DNA from: Octopus sinensis
Lineage: Eukaryota
Reading direction: 5' to 3'
DNA length: 64,000 nucleotides
NCBI RefSeq assembly: GCF_006345805.1
Contig: NC_043025.1
Location: forward strand, 10,168,001-10,232,000
Shown here: positions 1 to 11,637 of the stretch, piece by piece
Layout: the number at the start of each line of letters is the position of its first letter
How positions within the stretch are numbered: position 1 is the first letter of the stretch
Notes under the pieces: model-generated
Seen by the model: only the letters and a program-made list of their open reading frames with translations
What the model was told of the DNA's origin: nothing
Databases searched by the model: none
Program-made: the position numbers and the translations under genes

Positions 1-527
1 ACTTGTATATTTCATCCAGCTCACATTGCAAGTGCACAGTGTCTTTAAGGTTCTGTATCACCTGTGAGACTTTGTATCATCTGCATAACTTGTGATCGTG
101 GTTCTTTGTGTGGCTGAGGGCATATCTGAGAAGGCCATTATGAACAGTAGTGGTCCCAGAACACTACCTTGTGGGACAGCGCTCACTATTTGCGTGTCAT
201 TGGAGGTAGCCCCATTGGCTACTACCTCCTGATTTATATATTTCAGAAAGTCATGAAGCCATTCTCCCAGTTTTCTGACAATACCGAGATGGCACAGTTT
301 GTGACATACCATTCCATGACTGACTTTATCAAAAGCCTTTGCAAAGTCCAGATATATCACTTCCACATTCGAGTGGTTGAGCAGCTGTTTCAGCACCCAG
401 TCATAGTGTTGTAAGAGCTGAGTCTGGCAGCGTCTTCCTGGTCGGAAAACCATGTTGGGTGTTAGTCAGCAAGTCATTTTCCTCAAGGAAGGTGATTAAT
501 TTTCTTCTGACTATTCGTTCCATGACT
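1..527 (-). mobile_element. Degenerate CR1/L2-type LINE reverse transcriptase fragment
   Basis: Minus-strand motifs QHGF, YLDFAKAFDKVSH, VPQGSVLGPLLF and YADD (76-87). Two frameshifts (after HGF and after YADDTK). Runs off the window start and ends at the N gap. Confidence 0.93.
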
Positions 528-627
528 NNNNNNNNNNNNNNNNNNNNNNNNNNNNNNNNNNNNNNNNNNNNNNNNNNNNNNNNNNNNNNNNNNNNNNNNN
601 NNNNNNNNNNNNNNNNNNNNNNNNNNN
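528..627. other. Assembly gap (100 N)
   Basis: Run of exactly 100 N, probably a scaffolding gap of unknown true size. Confidence 0.99.
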
Positions 628-1149
628 CACGCTCCCTCCCCCTCCCACATTGTTCTCTCTCTTTCACTCCCCTTCCTAACTCCGTTGATATGGGCAACAC
701 GTATGTGGTGACGGTGAGGGTGGCGTAAGCGATTGGTAGTGGCGGCGGAAAGTTATTTAACCCTCGGTCAGCCCTAGTCCAATAGACCTTAATTGACACC
801 ATCCCATTTCATTGTAAATATCAAAGGCTTGCTATTTTCCCTAAAGTTGGCAGTTAAGATTTGGCTGTTACTTTTTGCAGATCAAGAGACGGCTGTGAGT
901 TTCTTTGTTGGTTTTAAGTTCTTAGTGTTTAGCCCTGGGTAAACCTTGATCCAGCCGATCCATAATAATCAAAGGGGGTTATGATTTTGACCATCTCGTC
1001 TCTTTTCCACATGCAGAACATGTAGGATGCATTGTCTAAGTTATTCCTTTTTTCGGAATACTTTAGATGGTAGCATATGATTTGATTTGAAGGGGACTTG
1101 GCTGCTATTTTTAGCAAGCTGAGATTCGTTCTGGCGTTGCTCGAGCGTG

Positions 1150-1690
1150 CGGCGGTGGTGGTGATGGAGACGACAGTGTAAGAAGTGGTGGTGGTGGTGG
1201 TGAGGATGTTAGAGCGTGTGTTGTAGGTGGGGGAGGGGTTGATGGTGGTCGTAGTAGTAGTAGTAGCGGTGGTGGGAAGAGTAGCGATGTTGGTGGTGGC
1301 AGTAGTGATTGATTGAGCGAGTGATGATAGCGGTGATGGTGGTGGTGGTGGCGGCGGTGATGTTGTTAAGGCAGCTGATAGCGGTAGTGGTGGTGGTGGT
1401 GGTGGTGGTGGAGTTAAGGCGGCTGATAGTGGTTGCTGCTGGTAGTGGCGGTGGTGATTGATAGAGCGAGTGACGATAGCGGTGATGATGGTGGTCGTCG
1501 TCGTCGTCGTGATGCTGAGTGGGTGGCGGCGGTGATGTTGTTAAGGCAGCTGATAGCGGTAGTGGTGGTGGTGGAGTTAAGGCAGCTGATAGTGGTTGGT
1601 GGTGGTGGTGTCGGTGGTGATGGTCGTTGTTTGTTAGTGTTGAAGGTCAACGGTTGTTGGTGGTGGTGGTGATGGTGTTAGGAGTGGTTG
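1150..1690. repeat. Degenerate (GGT/GAT/AGT)n low-complexity tract
   Basis: Trinucleotide runs with short repeated anchors (gttaaggcagctgatag, gattgagcgagtgatgatagcgg). Confidence 0.85.
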
Positions 1691-1823
1691 GTTGAAGGTC
1701 GTTTATTTATTATATGTACATTCATATATGTACCTACGCATATATATACTTACTATACACACATAAACCCAATATACATACGTGTGTATGTATCTTGACA
1801 ATGTGTCCTTATTTAATTTATCA

Positions 1824-2031
1824 CTGTGTGGTAAGTAGCTTGCTAACCAACCACATGGTTCCGGGTTCAGTCCCACTGCGTGGCACCTTGGGCAAGTGTC
1901 TTCTACTATAGCCCCGGGCCGACCAATGCCTTGTGAATGAATTTGGTAGACGGAAACTGAAAGAAGCCTGTCGTTGGTGGTGCTATTAAGTTAGACATAG
2001 CCTGGGCCAATAATGGCCGAAACCTATCAAA

Positions 2032-2072
<41 letters not shown>

Positions 2073-2091
2073 CTATAGATATATATATATA

Positions 2092-2138
<47 letters not shown>

Positions 2139-2350
2139 ATGTTGTGTGTCTGTGTTTGTCCCCCTAGCATTGCTTGACAACCGATGCTGGTGTGTCTACG
2201 TCCCCGTCGCCTAGCGGTTCGGCAAAAGAGACCGATAGAATAAGTACTGGGCTTACAAAAGAATAAGTCCTGGGGTCGATTTGCTCGACTAAAGGCGGTG
2301 CTCCAGCATGGCCGCAGTCAAATGACTGAAACAAGTAAAAGAGTAAAAGA
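1824..2350 (+). mobile_element. SINE family A (tRNA-like head, CORE-like motif, internal AT/GT microsatellite)
   Basis: A-box-like ctgtgtggt, B-box-like ggttcagtccc, ccttgggcaagtgtc, internal (TA)n(TG)n, tail ccagcatggccgcagtcaaatgactgaaacaagtaaaagag. About 20 full or partial copies in the window. Confidence 0.93.
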
Positions 2351-2633
2351 AAAGAAGATAAAAGATATACCGACTCTGGTGTTTATTGTGTGTGTGTATA
2401 TACAGTCTTGTCGATTTTCCAACTGTTTGTAAATACTAAATGCGCTTGCCTCATTAACGTTTAGGTACGGACGTACTCACGTATGCATGCATGCAGTGCC
2501 GGATTTACCATTGCGCTTAGATGTGCACAGGGCCTCGTTGAAGCGGGACATCTTCCTGCCCCTATTCCTACATTTTTTACTATGAATACCTGACTAGCCA
2601 AGTAAAGGGCTTCATTTATTCTAAATTCGGCAT

Positions 2634-3055
2634 TGGATCTTTTCGGTTTAACCGGCAGTTTTTGCTAGCGGTGTCATATGAAATTGTCACCCATAATTAT
2701 GACTCTAGTGTCGATCTATTGCATTTCAATCTATTTTAGGGTTAGGGTTAGGGATGGGGGAAAGGGTATCTTTTTTTCTTCACAAATGTAAATAAACTCA
2801 ATCTGTTTCTTAAACGAGGGACATATTCATACGGCACAGAATGTTGTTTTTTACCTTAATAGACGTCATTGATTGGTTGAAATTGCAGAAATTGAAGAAA
2901 AAAACAACAAATATCTTACAAACTATAGAATTTTCTCAACAAAGCCAAGAGAAAAAGATGTTTTATAAACACATTCTACCAGTATACGAAGTTTAAAAGT
3001 GTTTAGTTACGTGGAAATTATGTTAAAAAACTGCCGGTCAAACCGAAAAGCTCCC
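2634..3055 (+). mobile_element. MITE with about 30-bp TIRs and internal (TTAGGG)3
   Basis: Ends ggatcttttcggtttaaccggcagttttt / aaaaactgccggtcaaaccgaaaagctccc. TTAGGG x3 at 2736-2753. Homologous copies at 32632, 62178 and 62691. Confidence 0.88.
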
Positions 3056-3059
3056 ACCT

Positions 3060-3500
3060 ATATATTAAACTTGCAAAAATATCTCAAAAACCCGTTCGTC
3101 AGGCAGTTTTGATCCAGAATGGAATAAAATTGTGATAGCACCTGTAACATGATTTTCCACCTGGTTTTGCTTTTATATACTTAGTCGCGTAGATACGTAG
3201 ATATATATCTAGGTACAAACGTACTAAGTCGTAGGTGTCACCTTTTGCGTCCATGGTAACCGATAATTCGCAAATGGTCACACACTCGCGCGCGCGCATT
3301 ATGAAAGAGGTCATACGTCCGCACAGGAAACCGCTGCCAACAAAATAAGGAAACTTTATGGATGTCACAATTCTTAGTAAATCATTTTCCTGGACACAGC
3401 TGAACGATTCCCAGCGCCTTTTTCAATCGATTTATCGAAAATATTGGGAGTTCACGTGATTGCATTGTTTGGTTAAAGTGGGCCAAGGCCGAATCCTACC
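3060..3500. promoter_or_regulatory. CpG-rich non-repetitive island, possible promoter or enhancer
   Basis: Locally CpG-dense against an AT-rich background. (CG)n run 3287-3297, E-box CACGTG 3453-3458, ccatggtaac X-box-like half site. No transcript evidence. Confidence 0.25.
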
Positions 3501-4285
3501 GGTTTTGTTGTTTCAGTCTCCGACCATGCTGGGGAACTGCTCTGAAGAATTTTAGTCTAACGGATGGACCCCAGTACTTTTTGTTTAATGCCTTTCACTC
3601 ATTCCTTACCTTTGCCGAACCGCTAAGTTACGGGGGGGGGGACATAAAGACAGACACACACACACACACGTATATATACATATATATATATATAAATTAA
3701 ATTAGAGATAAAACCACTATTAGGCAAATCAAACAGTGAAAAACATAGAAATAAAATTAATTGATATAATATACAAAATATATAAAATATTTTAAAAAAA
3801 TTTTATTATTTAAATTTAAAATTATTAATTTATATTTATATTTATATATATATATATATATATATTTTCTTGAGAACATTTCTTGGTGGTGAGACCGTAG
3901 CGGATCTATTTCTAGCATATGGGTGTCCACATGGTGGTTTCCCTCTAATATATATATCATACATACATATATATAAAGAAATAGCTATAACCCTTTGACT
4001 GCTATTTCTAAATTCGGTATGTGGTAAGGCAATTCGTTGCTGAACCCTTATTGCTTAGTATTACTTAAATTTTCCTCAAATGAGGCTTTTACATGCCGAA
4101 GACTACTTGGTGTAATTGATAATTATTCCAAATTAATTAATTTCACCCTTCATTATTATATATATATATATATATATATAGATATATATACATGTATATA
4201 TATATATATGTATGTGTATATATATATGTATGTATATATATATATATATATATATATAATATGTATGTGTATATATATGCGTGTG

Positions 4286-4340
<55 letters not shown>

Positions 4341-4344
4341 ATGT

Positions 4345-4482
4345 GTTTCAGTTTCCATACCGTAGCTTGGTGGGCCCGAGGCCATAGTAGAAGACACTTT
4401 GTCCAAGGTGTCATGCAGTTGGACTGAACCTGGAACCATATGGTTGGAATGCAAATTTCTTACCACACAGCTACGCCTGCGC
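4345..4482 (-). mobile_element. SINE family A, 5' head only
   Basis: Reverse complement of the family A head, followed by an (AT)n tract. Confidence 0.85.
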
Positions 4483-4494
4483 ATATATAATTTA

Positions 4495-4865
4495 CTAGCA
4501 GTATCGCCCGGCGTTGCTCGGGTTGTAAGGGAAATAACTATAAAGCATTTTTAGAGAGTTATAGCCAAAAAAATGAAAAAAAAAAATGATGGTAAATTTT
4601 TTTAGTTAAAAAGGTCGAGTGCGAGTCCCTAGACAGTCTGTGGTTTTGTGTTTCTGATTCTCGACTCCATGTCGAATTATCGATTTTTTTCAGAACTGGG
4701 GGAACTTTTCAAAATTTTCGCTGCGTTAGTTTTGAATTATGACATTGGGCTATGTGTGTGTCAAGTTTCATCAGAATCGGTTGAAAGCCGTGGTCAGGGT
4801 GAGGGTACAACCTGACAGACACACAGAAACACACACAGACAAACTGCCGTTTATATATAGAGAGA
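4495..4865 (-). mobile_element. Non-autonomous Helitron
   Basis: Minus strand starts TC(TC)TATATAAAC and ends with a ccgagcaacgccggg hairpin then CTAG. Lies between A and T with no TSD. Confidence 0.85.
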
Positions 4866-5141
4866 TTTTGCACTTGTGTCAGTTATTGGACTGTGGTCAG
4901 GCTGGAGCACCACCTTGAAGGGGTTTAGTTGAAGGAATTAACACCAGTTGTTTTTTTTTTTTTTTTTTTGTAAAGCCTGGTACATATTTTATCAGTCTTA
5001 TTTCCGGCTTTTTGTGACCCCCTTAAAACCAGGAACTTTTCAGCACCCACTCAGATATATATATATATATATATAAGTTCCCAGTTTTGGGTAAAAGAAA
5101 ATACCAAAGGATCAGTTAATTATAATTTTAATGAACATATA

Positions 5142-5338
5142 GGCGCAAGAGTGGCTGTGTGGTAAGTAGCTTGCTAACCAACCACATGGTTCCGGGTTCA
5201 GTCCCACTGCATGGCACCTTGGGCAAGTGTCTTCTGCTATAGCCCTGGGCCAACCAATGCCTTGTGAGTGGGATTTGGTAGACGGAAACTGAAAGAAGCC
5301 TGTCGTATATATATATATATTATATATATAATATATAT

Positions 5339-5374
<36 letters not shown>

Positions 5375-5797
5375 ATAATATATATATATATATATGGCGC
5401 AGGAGTGGCTGTGTGGTAAGTAGCTTGCTAACCAACCACATGGTTCCGGGTTCAGTCCCACTGCATGGCACCTTGGGCAAATGTCTTCTGCTATAGCCCT
5501 GGGCCAACCAATGCCTTGTGAGTGGATTTGGTAGACAGAAACTCAAAGAAGCCTGTCGTATATATGTATATATATATATGTGTGTGTTTGTGTTTGTGTG
5601 TCTGTGTTTGTCCCCCTAGCATTGCTTGACAACCGATGCTGGTGTGTTTACATCCCCGTCACTTAGCGGTTCGGCAAAAAGAGACCGATAGAATAAGTAC
5701 TGGGCTTACAAAGAATAAGTCCCGGGGTCGATTTGCTTGACTAAAGGCGGTGCTCCAGCATGGCCGCAGTCAAATGACTGAAACAAGTAAAAGAGAG
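5142..5797 (+). mobile_element. SINE family A with duplicated head (head-(AT)n-full copy)
   Basis: Near-identical heads start at 5142 and 5396; only the second continues into the 3' half. Confidence 0.92.
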
Positions 5798-5959
5798 TAT
5801 ATATATGTGCATCATCATCATTTAACATCCGTTGGGCTGGTAAGCTTAGGGGCTGCACCAGACTCCAGTGTGATTTGGCATGGTTTCTACGGCTGGATGC
5901 CCTTTGTTGTTGTTTGGTCCTTCTCAAGCCACGCCTGGCTCATAAGGGCCGGTTTCCTT

Positions 5960-6206
5960 GGCGTATAGGTTCCCCACCTGGACGGGACGCTGATCCGTCG
6001 CAGGTGAGCTGCAAGATGCAGGAGGAAAGAGTGAGAGAAAGTTGTGGCGAAAGAGTCAGCAGAAGTTTCGCCATTACCTTCTGCCGGAGCCGCATGGAGC
6101 TTAGGTGTTTCGCTCATAAACACACACATTGCCCAGTCTGAGATTAAAATCATCGATCCCTCGACCGCGAGTCTGTTGCTCTAACCACTAGGCCATGTGC
6201 CTCCAC
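5960..6206 (-). mobile_element. SINE family B variant (tRNA-like head gtggaggcrcatggc)
   Basis: Reverse complement of the head and body seen at 9495-9804. Confidence 0.8.
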
Positions 6207-6353
6207 TAAATGTTCCTTCTCGAGCCATGCTAGGCTCATAAGGGCAAAAGAGTCAGCTGAATGACCATAGAAAGTGCGAGCCCTCTAACTGAAAAATTGT
6301 GGATTTGTATAAAGGACACACACACACAGACAGACATTTTGCCATTTATATTC

Positions 6354-6745
6354 TTACTCTTTTACTTGTTTCAGTCATGTGACTGTGGCCATGCTGGAGC
6401 ACCGCCTTTAGTCGAGCAAATCGACCCCGGGACTTATTCTTTGTAAGCCTTGTACTTATTTTATCGGTCTCTTTTTTGCCGAACCGCTAAGTTACGGGGA
6501 CGTAAACACACCAGCATCGGTTGTCAAGTGATGCTAGGGGGACAAACACAAACATACATGTACACACATATATACATATATACGACAGGCTTCTTTGAGT
6601 TTCCGTCTACCAAATCCACTCACAAGGCTTTGGTCGGCACGAGGCTATAGTAGAAGACACTTACCCAAGGTGTCACACAGTGGGACTGAACCCGGAACCA
6701 TGTGGTTGGTAAGCAAGCTACTTACCACACAGCCACTCCTGCACC
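6354..6745 (-). mobile_element. SINE family A, full length
   Basis: Complete reverse-complement copy. Confidence 0.93.
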
Positions 6746-6797
6746 TATATATAGAGATATATTTATAAATATATTTATAGTCAATTCAAATAAACAA

Positions 6798-6959
6798 GGC
6801 ACAGGAGTGGCTGTGTGGTAAGTAGCTTGCTAACCAACCACATGGTTCCGGGTTCAGTCCCACTGCGTGGCATCTTGGGCAAGTGTCTTCTGCTATAGCC
6901 CCGGGCCGACCAATGCCTTGTGAGTGGATTTGGTAGACGTAAACTGAAAGAAGCCTGTC

Positions 6960-7005
<46 letters not shown>

Positions 7006-7213
7006 TTGTGTGTTTGTGTTTGTTCCCCTAGCATTGCTTGACAACCGATGCTGGTGTGTTTACGTCCCCGTCACTTAGCGGTTCAGCAAAAGAGACCGAT
7101 AGAATAAGTACTGGGCTTACAAAAAAAATAAGTCCCGGGGTCGATTTGCTCGACTAAAGGCGGTGCTCCAGCATGGCCGCAGTCAAATGACTGAAACAAG
7201 GAAAAGAGTAAAA
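6798..7213 (+). mobile_element. SINE family A, full length
   Basis: Complete copy, divergent head-to-head with the 6354-6745 copy. Confidence 0.93.
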
Positions 7214-7410
7214 GAGAGAGAGAGAGAGAGTAAATAAAATAAATGTACAACAAGAGGACATGCACAAGAAATGTATTAGCTTGATACTCAGTAAAAAGGC
7301 TGAGTTTAATGTTTCAAGCATAACTCTTCATCGGCAAGGTGAAAGAGCAAAGTCCAAGAAAGGAAAAGAAATCACCGACAGCACATGTAGTAACATTGCT
7401 GAAATATATA

Positions 7411-8200
7411 TATTTCTTTACTGCCCACAAGGGGCTAAACATAGAGGGGACAAACAAGGACAGACAAAGGGTGTAAGTCAATTACATCGACCCCAGTGCG
7501 AAACTGGTACTTTATTTATCGACCCCGAAAGGATGAAAGGTAAAGTCGACCTCGGCGGAATTTGAACTCAGAACATAAAGACAGACGAAATACCTATTTC
7601 TATTTCTTTATTACCCTCAAGGGGCTAAACATAGAGGGGACAAACAAGGACAGACATAGGTATTAAGTCAATTACATCGACCCCAGTGCGTAACTGGTAC
7701 TTTATTTATCAACCCCGAAAGGATGAAAGGCAAAGTCGACCTCGGCAGAATTTGAACTCAGAACATAACGACAGACGAAATACCTATTTCTATTTCTTTA
7801 TTACCCTCAAGGGGCTAAACATAGAGGGGACAAACAAGGACAGACATAGGTATTAAGTCAATTACATCGACCCCAGTGCGTAACTGGTACTTTATTTATC
7901 GACCCCGAAAGGATGAAAGGCAAAGTCGACCTCGGCAGAATTTGAACTCAGAACATAGCGGCAGACGAAATACCTATTTCTTTATTGCTCACAAGGGGCT
8001 AAACATAGAGGGGACAAACAAGGACAGACAAAGGGTGTAAGTCAATTACACCGACCCCAGTGCGAAACTGGTACTTTATTTATCGACCCCGAAAGGATGA
8101 AAGGTAAAGTCGACCTCGCGGAATTTGAACTCAAAACATAATGACAGACGAAATACCACTAAGCACTTCACCTGGAGCCTAACGTTTCTGCCAGCTCACC
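7411..8200 (-). mobile_element. SINE family C tetramer (head plus four 183-190 bp units) with 13-bp TSD
   Basis: Head ggtgagctggcagaaacgttag on the minus strand, four tandem units, flanked by GCTGAAATATATA at 7398-7410 and 8201-8213. Confidence 0.9.
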
Positions 8201-8664
8201 GCTGAAATATATACGCATGCAAATACACAGTCAGGTATTTTAAGCCCAGGTCATCTTTCGTTCAGTACAATTTACTAATAGTGCTAGACTTTATATCCAT
8301 AAAAGGCTTCTAAGAATGTTTAATCTGGGAAACCAATGTTCACTTCAATGGCGGGACCTCATTGTAGCTTCATAAATTTACCTCTCTTTTTGTGACACCA
8401 CCCTGTTATTTAGCTTCCAGTCCACCCTTAATAAATAATGTGAGCAAAGACTCCAGCTGTGAATTGTGAATTTTTTGAATTTTATTTTTTTTGTTTTTGT
8501 TGGCTAGAAATAGCTGCCTAATGTCCTTGAAGCCACACCCTACTGTCTTATAAATGTATGTATGAGCCAATCAGGGGGACTTCTACATGATAGCTAGACC
8601 ACCAAATGTCCTTGAAAATCACACCTTTTGTCTTATTTCTCTCCCTCTCTCTCTCTCTCACTAA

Positions 8665-9294
<630 letters not shown>

Positions 9295-9327
9295 CTTTAT
9301 TTAAAGCAGCAGAAAATTCAACAAAAC

Positions 9328-9365
9328 CTGTTACTCTGAGTTTCACGTTGCCGTTCGTCGGACAG
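9328..9365 (-). ncRNA. Minimal type I hammerhead ribozyme fold (U4C core variant)
   Basis: CUGU|CCGACGA|ACG-GCAA-CGU|GAA|ACUC-A-GAGU|A^|ACAG: 4-bp stem I, stem II with GNRA loop, palindromic stem III, GUA cleavage triplet. Confidence 0.72.
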
Positions 9366-9392
9366 TTTTTGCTAGAATTTTTCTAGCAAAAA

Positions 9393-9430
9393 CCGTCCGA
9401 CGAACGGCAACGTGAAACTCAGAGTAACAA
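9393..9430 (+). ncRNA. Second hammerhead copy with weakened stem I
   Basis: Same core, stem II and stem III as 9328-9365, but stem I ccgt/acaa has 2 mismatches. Confidence 0.5.
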
Positions 9431-9494
9431 GTTTTGTTGAATTTTCTGCTGCTTTAAATAAAGCAGTGTGTGTGTGTATATATATATATAATGT

Positions 9495-9804
9495 GTGGAG
9501 ACGCAATGGTCCAGTGGTTAGGGCAGCGGACTCGTGGTCGTAGGATCGCGGTTTCAATTCCCAGACCGGGCGATGTGAGTGTTTATTGAGCGAAAACACC
9601 CAAAGCTCCACAAGGCTCCGGTAGGGGATGGTGGTGATCCCTGCTGTACTCTTTCGCCACAACTTTCTCTCACACTTTCTTCTGTTGGCCTGCTCGCTTA
9701 GCCAGTGGGGTAGCATCATTTGAAGGCTAAAACAATGTGAAGTGCATTGTGACCAGCGATGTGTAGAAACATCTGATAGCCTTGTCGGTCACGGTGATCA
9801 CGGT
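9495..9804 (+). mobile_element. SINE family B, full length
   Basis: Head gtggagacgcaatggtccagtggttagggcagcgg, B-box-like ggtttcaattccc, tail cggtcacggtgatcacgg. Confidence 0.9.
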
Positions 9805-9948
9805 AATATATATAATGTATGTATGCGCTACATGGTAGCTAGACCTAGTAGAAACAGCAGCCAAGTCTTTTTCAAATCATGCCCTGCTGTATTTTGTGTG
9901 TGTGTGTAATGAGCCTGTGAAGGAAACTTTTACATAGCAGCTAGAGCT

Positions 9949-11090
9949 GCTAGAAATAGCAGCCAAATCTACCTCAAAGCACACCCTACTTTACTATGTA
10001 TATATGAGCAAATGGGGTAGCTGGAGCAGCTAGAAATAGCAGCCAAATCTACTCAAAGCACACCCTACTTTATTATGTATATGTGAGCCAATGGGGTAGC
10101 TGGAGCAGCTAGAAATAGCAGCCAAATCTACTCAAAGCACACCCTACCTTACTATGTATATATGAGCCAATGGGGTAGCTGGAGCAGCTAGAAATAGCAG
10201 CCAAATCTACTCAAAGCACACCCTACTTTACTATGTATATATGAGCCAATGGGGTAGCTGGAGCAGCTAGAAATAGCAGCCAAATCTACCTCAAAGCACA
10301 CCCTACTTTACTATGTATATATGAGCCAATGGGGTAGCTGGCGCATCTAGAAATAGCAGCCAAATCTACCTCAAAGCACACCCTACTTTACTATGTATAT
10401 ATGAGCCAATGGGGTAGCTGGAGCAGCTAGAAATAGCAGCCAAATCTACTCAAAGCACACCCTACTTTACTATGTATATGTGAGCCAATGGGGTAGCTGG
10501 AGCAGCTAGAAATAGCAGCCAAATCTACTCAAAGCACACCCTACTTTACTATGTATATATGAGCCAATGGGGTAGCTGGAGCAGCTAGAAATAGCAGCCA
10601 AATCTACCTCAAAGCACACCCTACTTTACTATGTATATATGAGCCAATGGGGTAGCTGGCGCATCTAGAAATAGCAGCCAAATCTACCTCAAAGCACACC
10701 CTACTTTACTATGTATATATGAGCCAATGGGGTAGCTGGAGCAGCTAGAAATAGCAGCCAAATCTACTCAAAGCACACCCTACTTTATTATGTATATATG
10801 AGCCAATGGGATAGCTGGAGCAGCTAGAAATAGCAGCCAAATCTACCTCAAAGCATACCCTACTTTATTATGTATATAGGAGCCAATGGGGTAGCTGGAG
10901 CAGCTAGAAATAGCAGCCAAATCTACTCAAAGCACACCCTACTTTATTATGTATATATGAGCCAATGGGGTAGCTGGCGCATCTAGAAATAGCAGCTAAA
11001 TCTACTCAAAGCACACCCTACTTTATTATGTATATATGAGCCAATGGGGTAGCTGGAGCAGCTAGAAATAGCAGCCAAAACTCCCTCAAA
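9949..11090 (+). repeat. 79/80-bp minisatellite, 14 full units, 4-unit higher-order period
   Basis: Unit starts gctagaaatagcagccaaatcta. The variant ggcgcatctag recurs at 10346, 10664 and 10982 (318-bp spacing). Confidence 0.95.
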
Positions 11091-11429
11091 TCTAACTGTC
11101 TTGTATATGTATATGTGTTTATCATTCTTTCATCATCATCATCATCATCATCGTTTGTAGTTGTTAATCTCCACATCAGTTCTTATCCAACAGACCTCCC
11201 GACCATGACCCTTTTGTCTTTTATTCAGACATAGTTTGTCTAAGGCGACATCATATAAAATGTGTTTTGTTGTTGTTTAGTCACAAGTCAACCTGATACA
11301 GCAGACCTTCAATGAAAGATGTTTCACTTGTAACCATCCTTTTTGTTCACCTGGAACTATAGTGCATTAGTGCGTAGTTTGAGGGAGATTTGGCTGCTAT
11401 TTCTAACAGGTCTAGCTACCATACTCATT

Positions 11430-11604
11430 TACTCATTTACTTGTTCCAGTCATTTGACTGCGGCCATGCAACTCGACCCCGGGACTTATTCTTTTGTAAG
11501 CCCATTCTATCAGTCTCTTTTTGCCGAACCGCTAAGTGACAGGGACGTAAACACACCAGCATCGGTTGTCAAGCAATGCTAGGGGAACAAACACAGACAC
11601 ACAA

Positions 11605-11637
<33 letters not shown>

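Larger units (their letters stand above)
9295..9463. mobile_element. 169-bp near-perfect palindrome, probably inverted Penelope-like terminal repeats
   Basis: 83-bp arms, 3-nt loop, 2 mismatches. Each arm carries a hammerhead-like motif. A collapsed relative lies at 49733-49789. Confidence 0.8.

Noticed and set aside
2736-2753. Telomere or chromosome-fusion scar
   Set aside because: Only three TTAGGG units, at a fixed position inside a multi-copy MITE.
9495-9570. tRNA genes at SINE heads
   Set aside because: A and B boxes are present, but they run into SINE bodies and no complete cloverleaf could be built.
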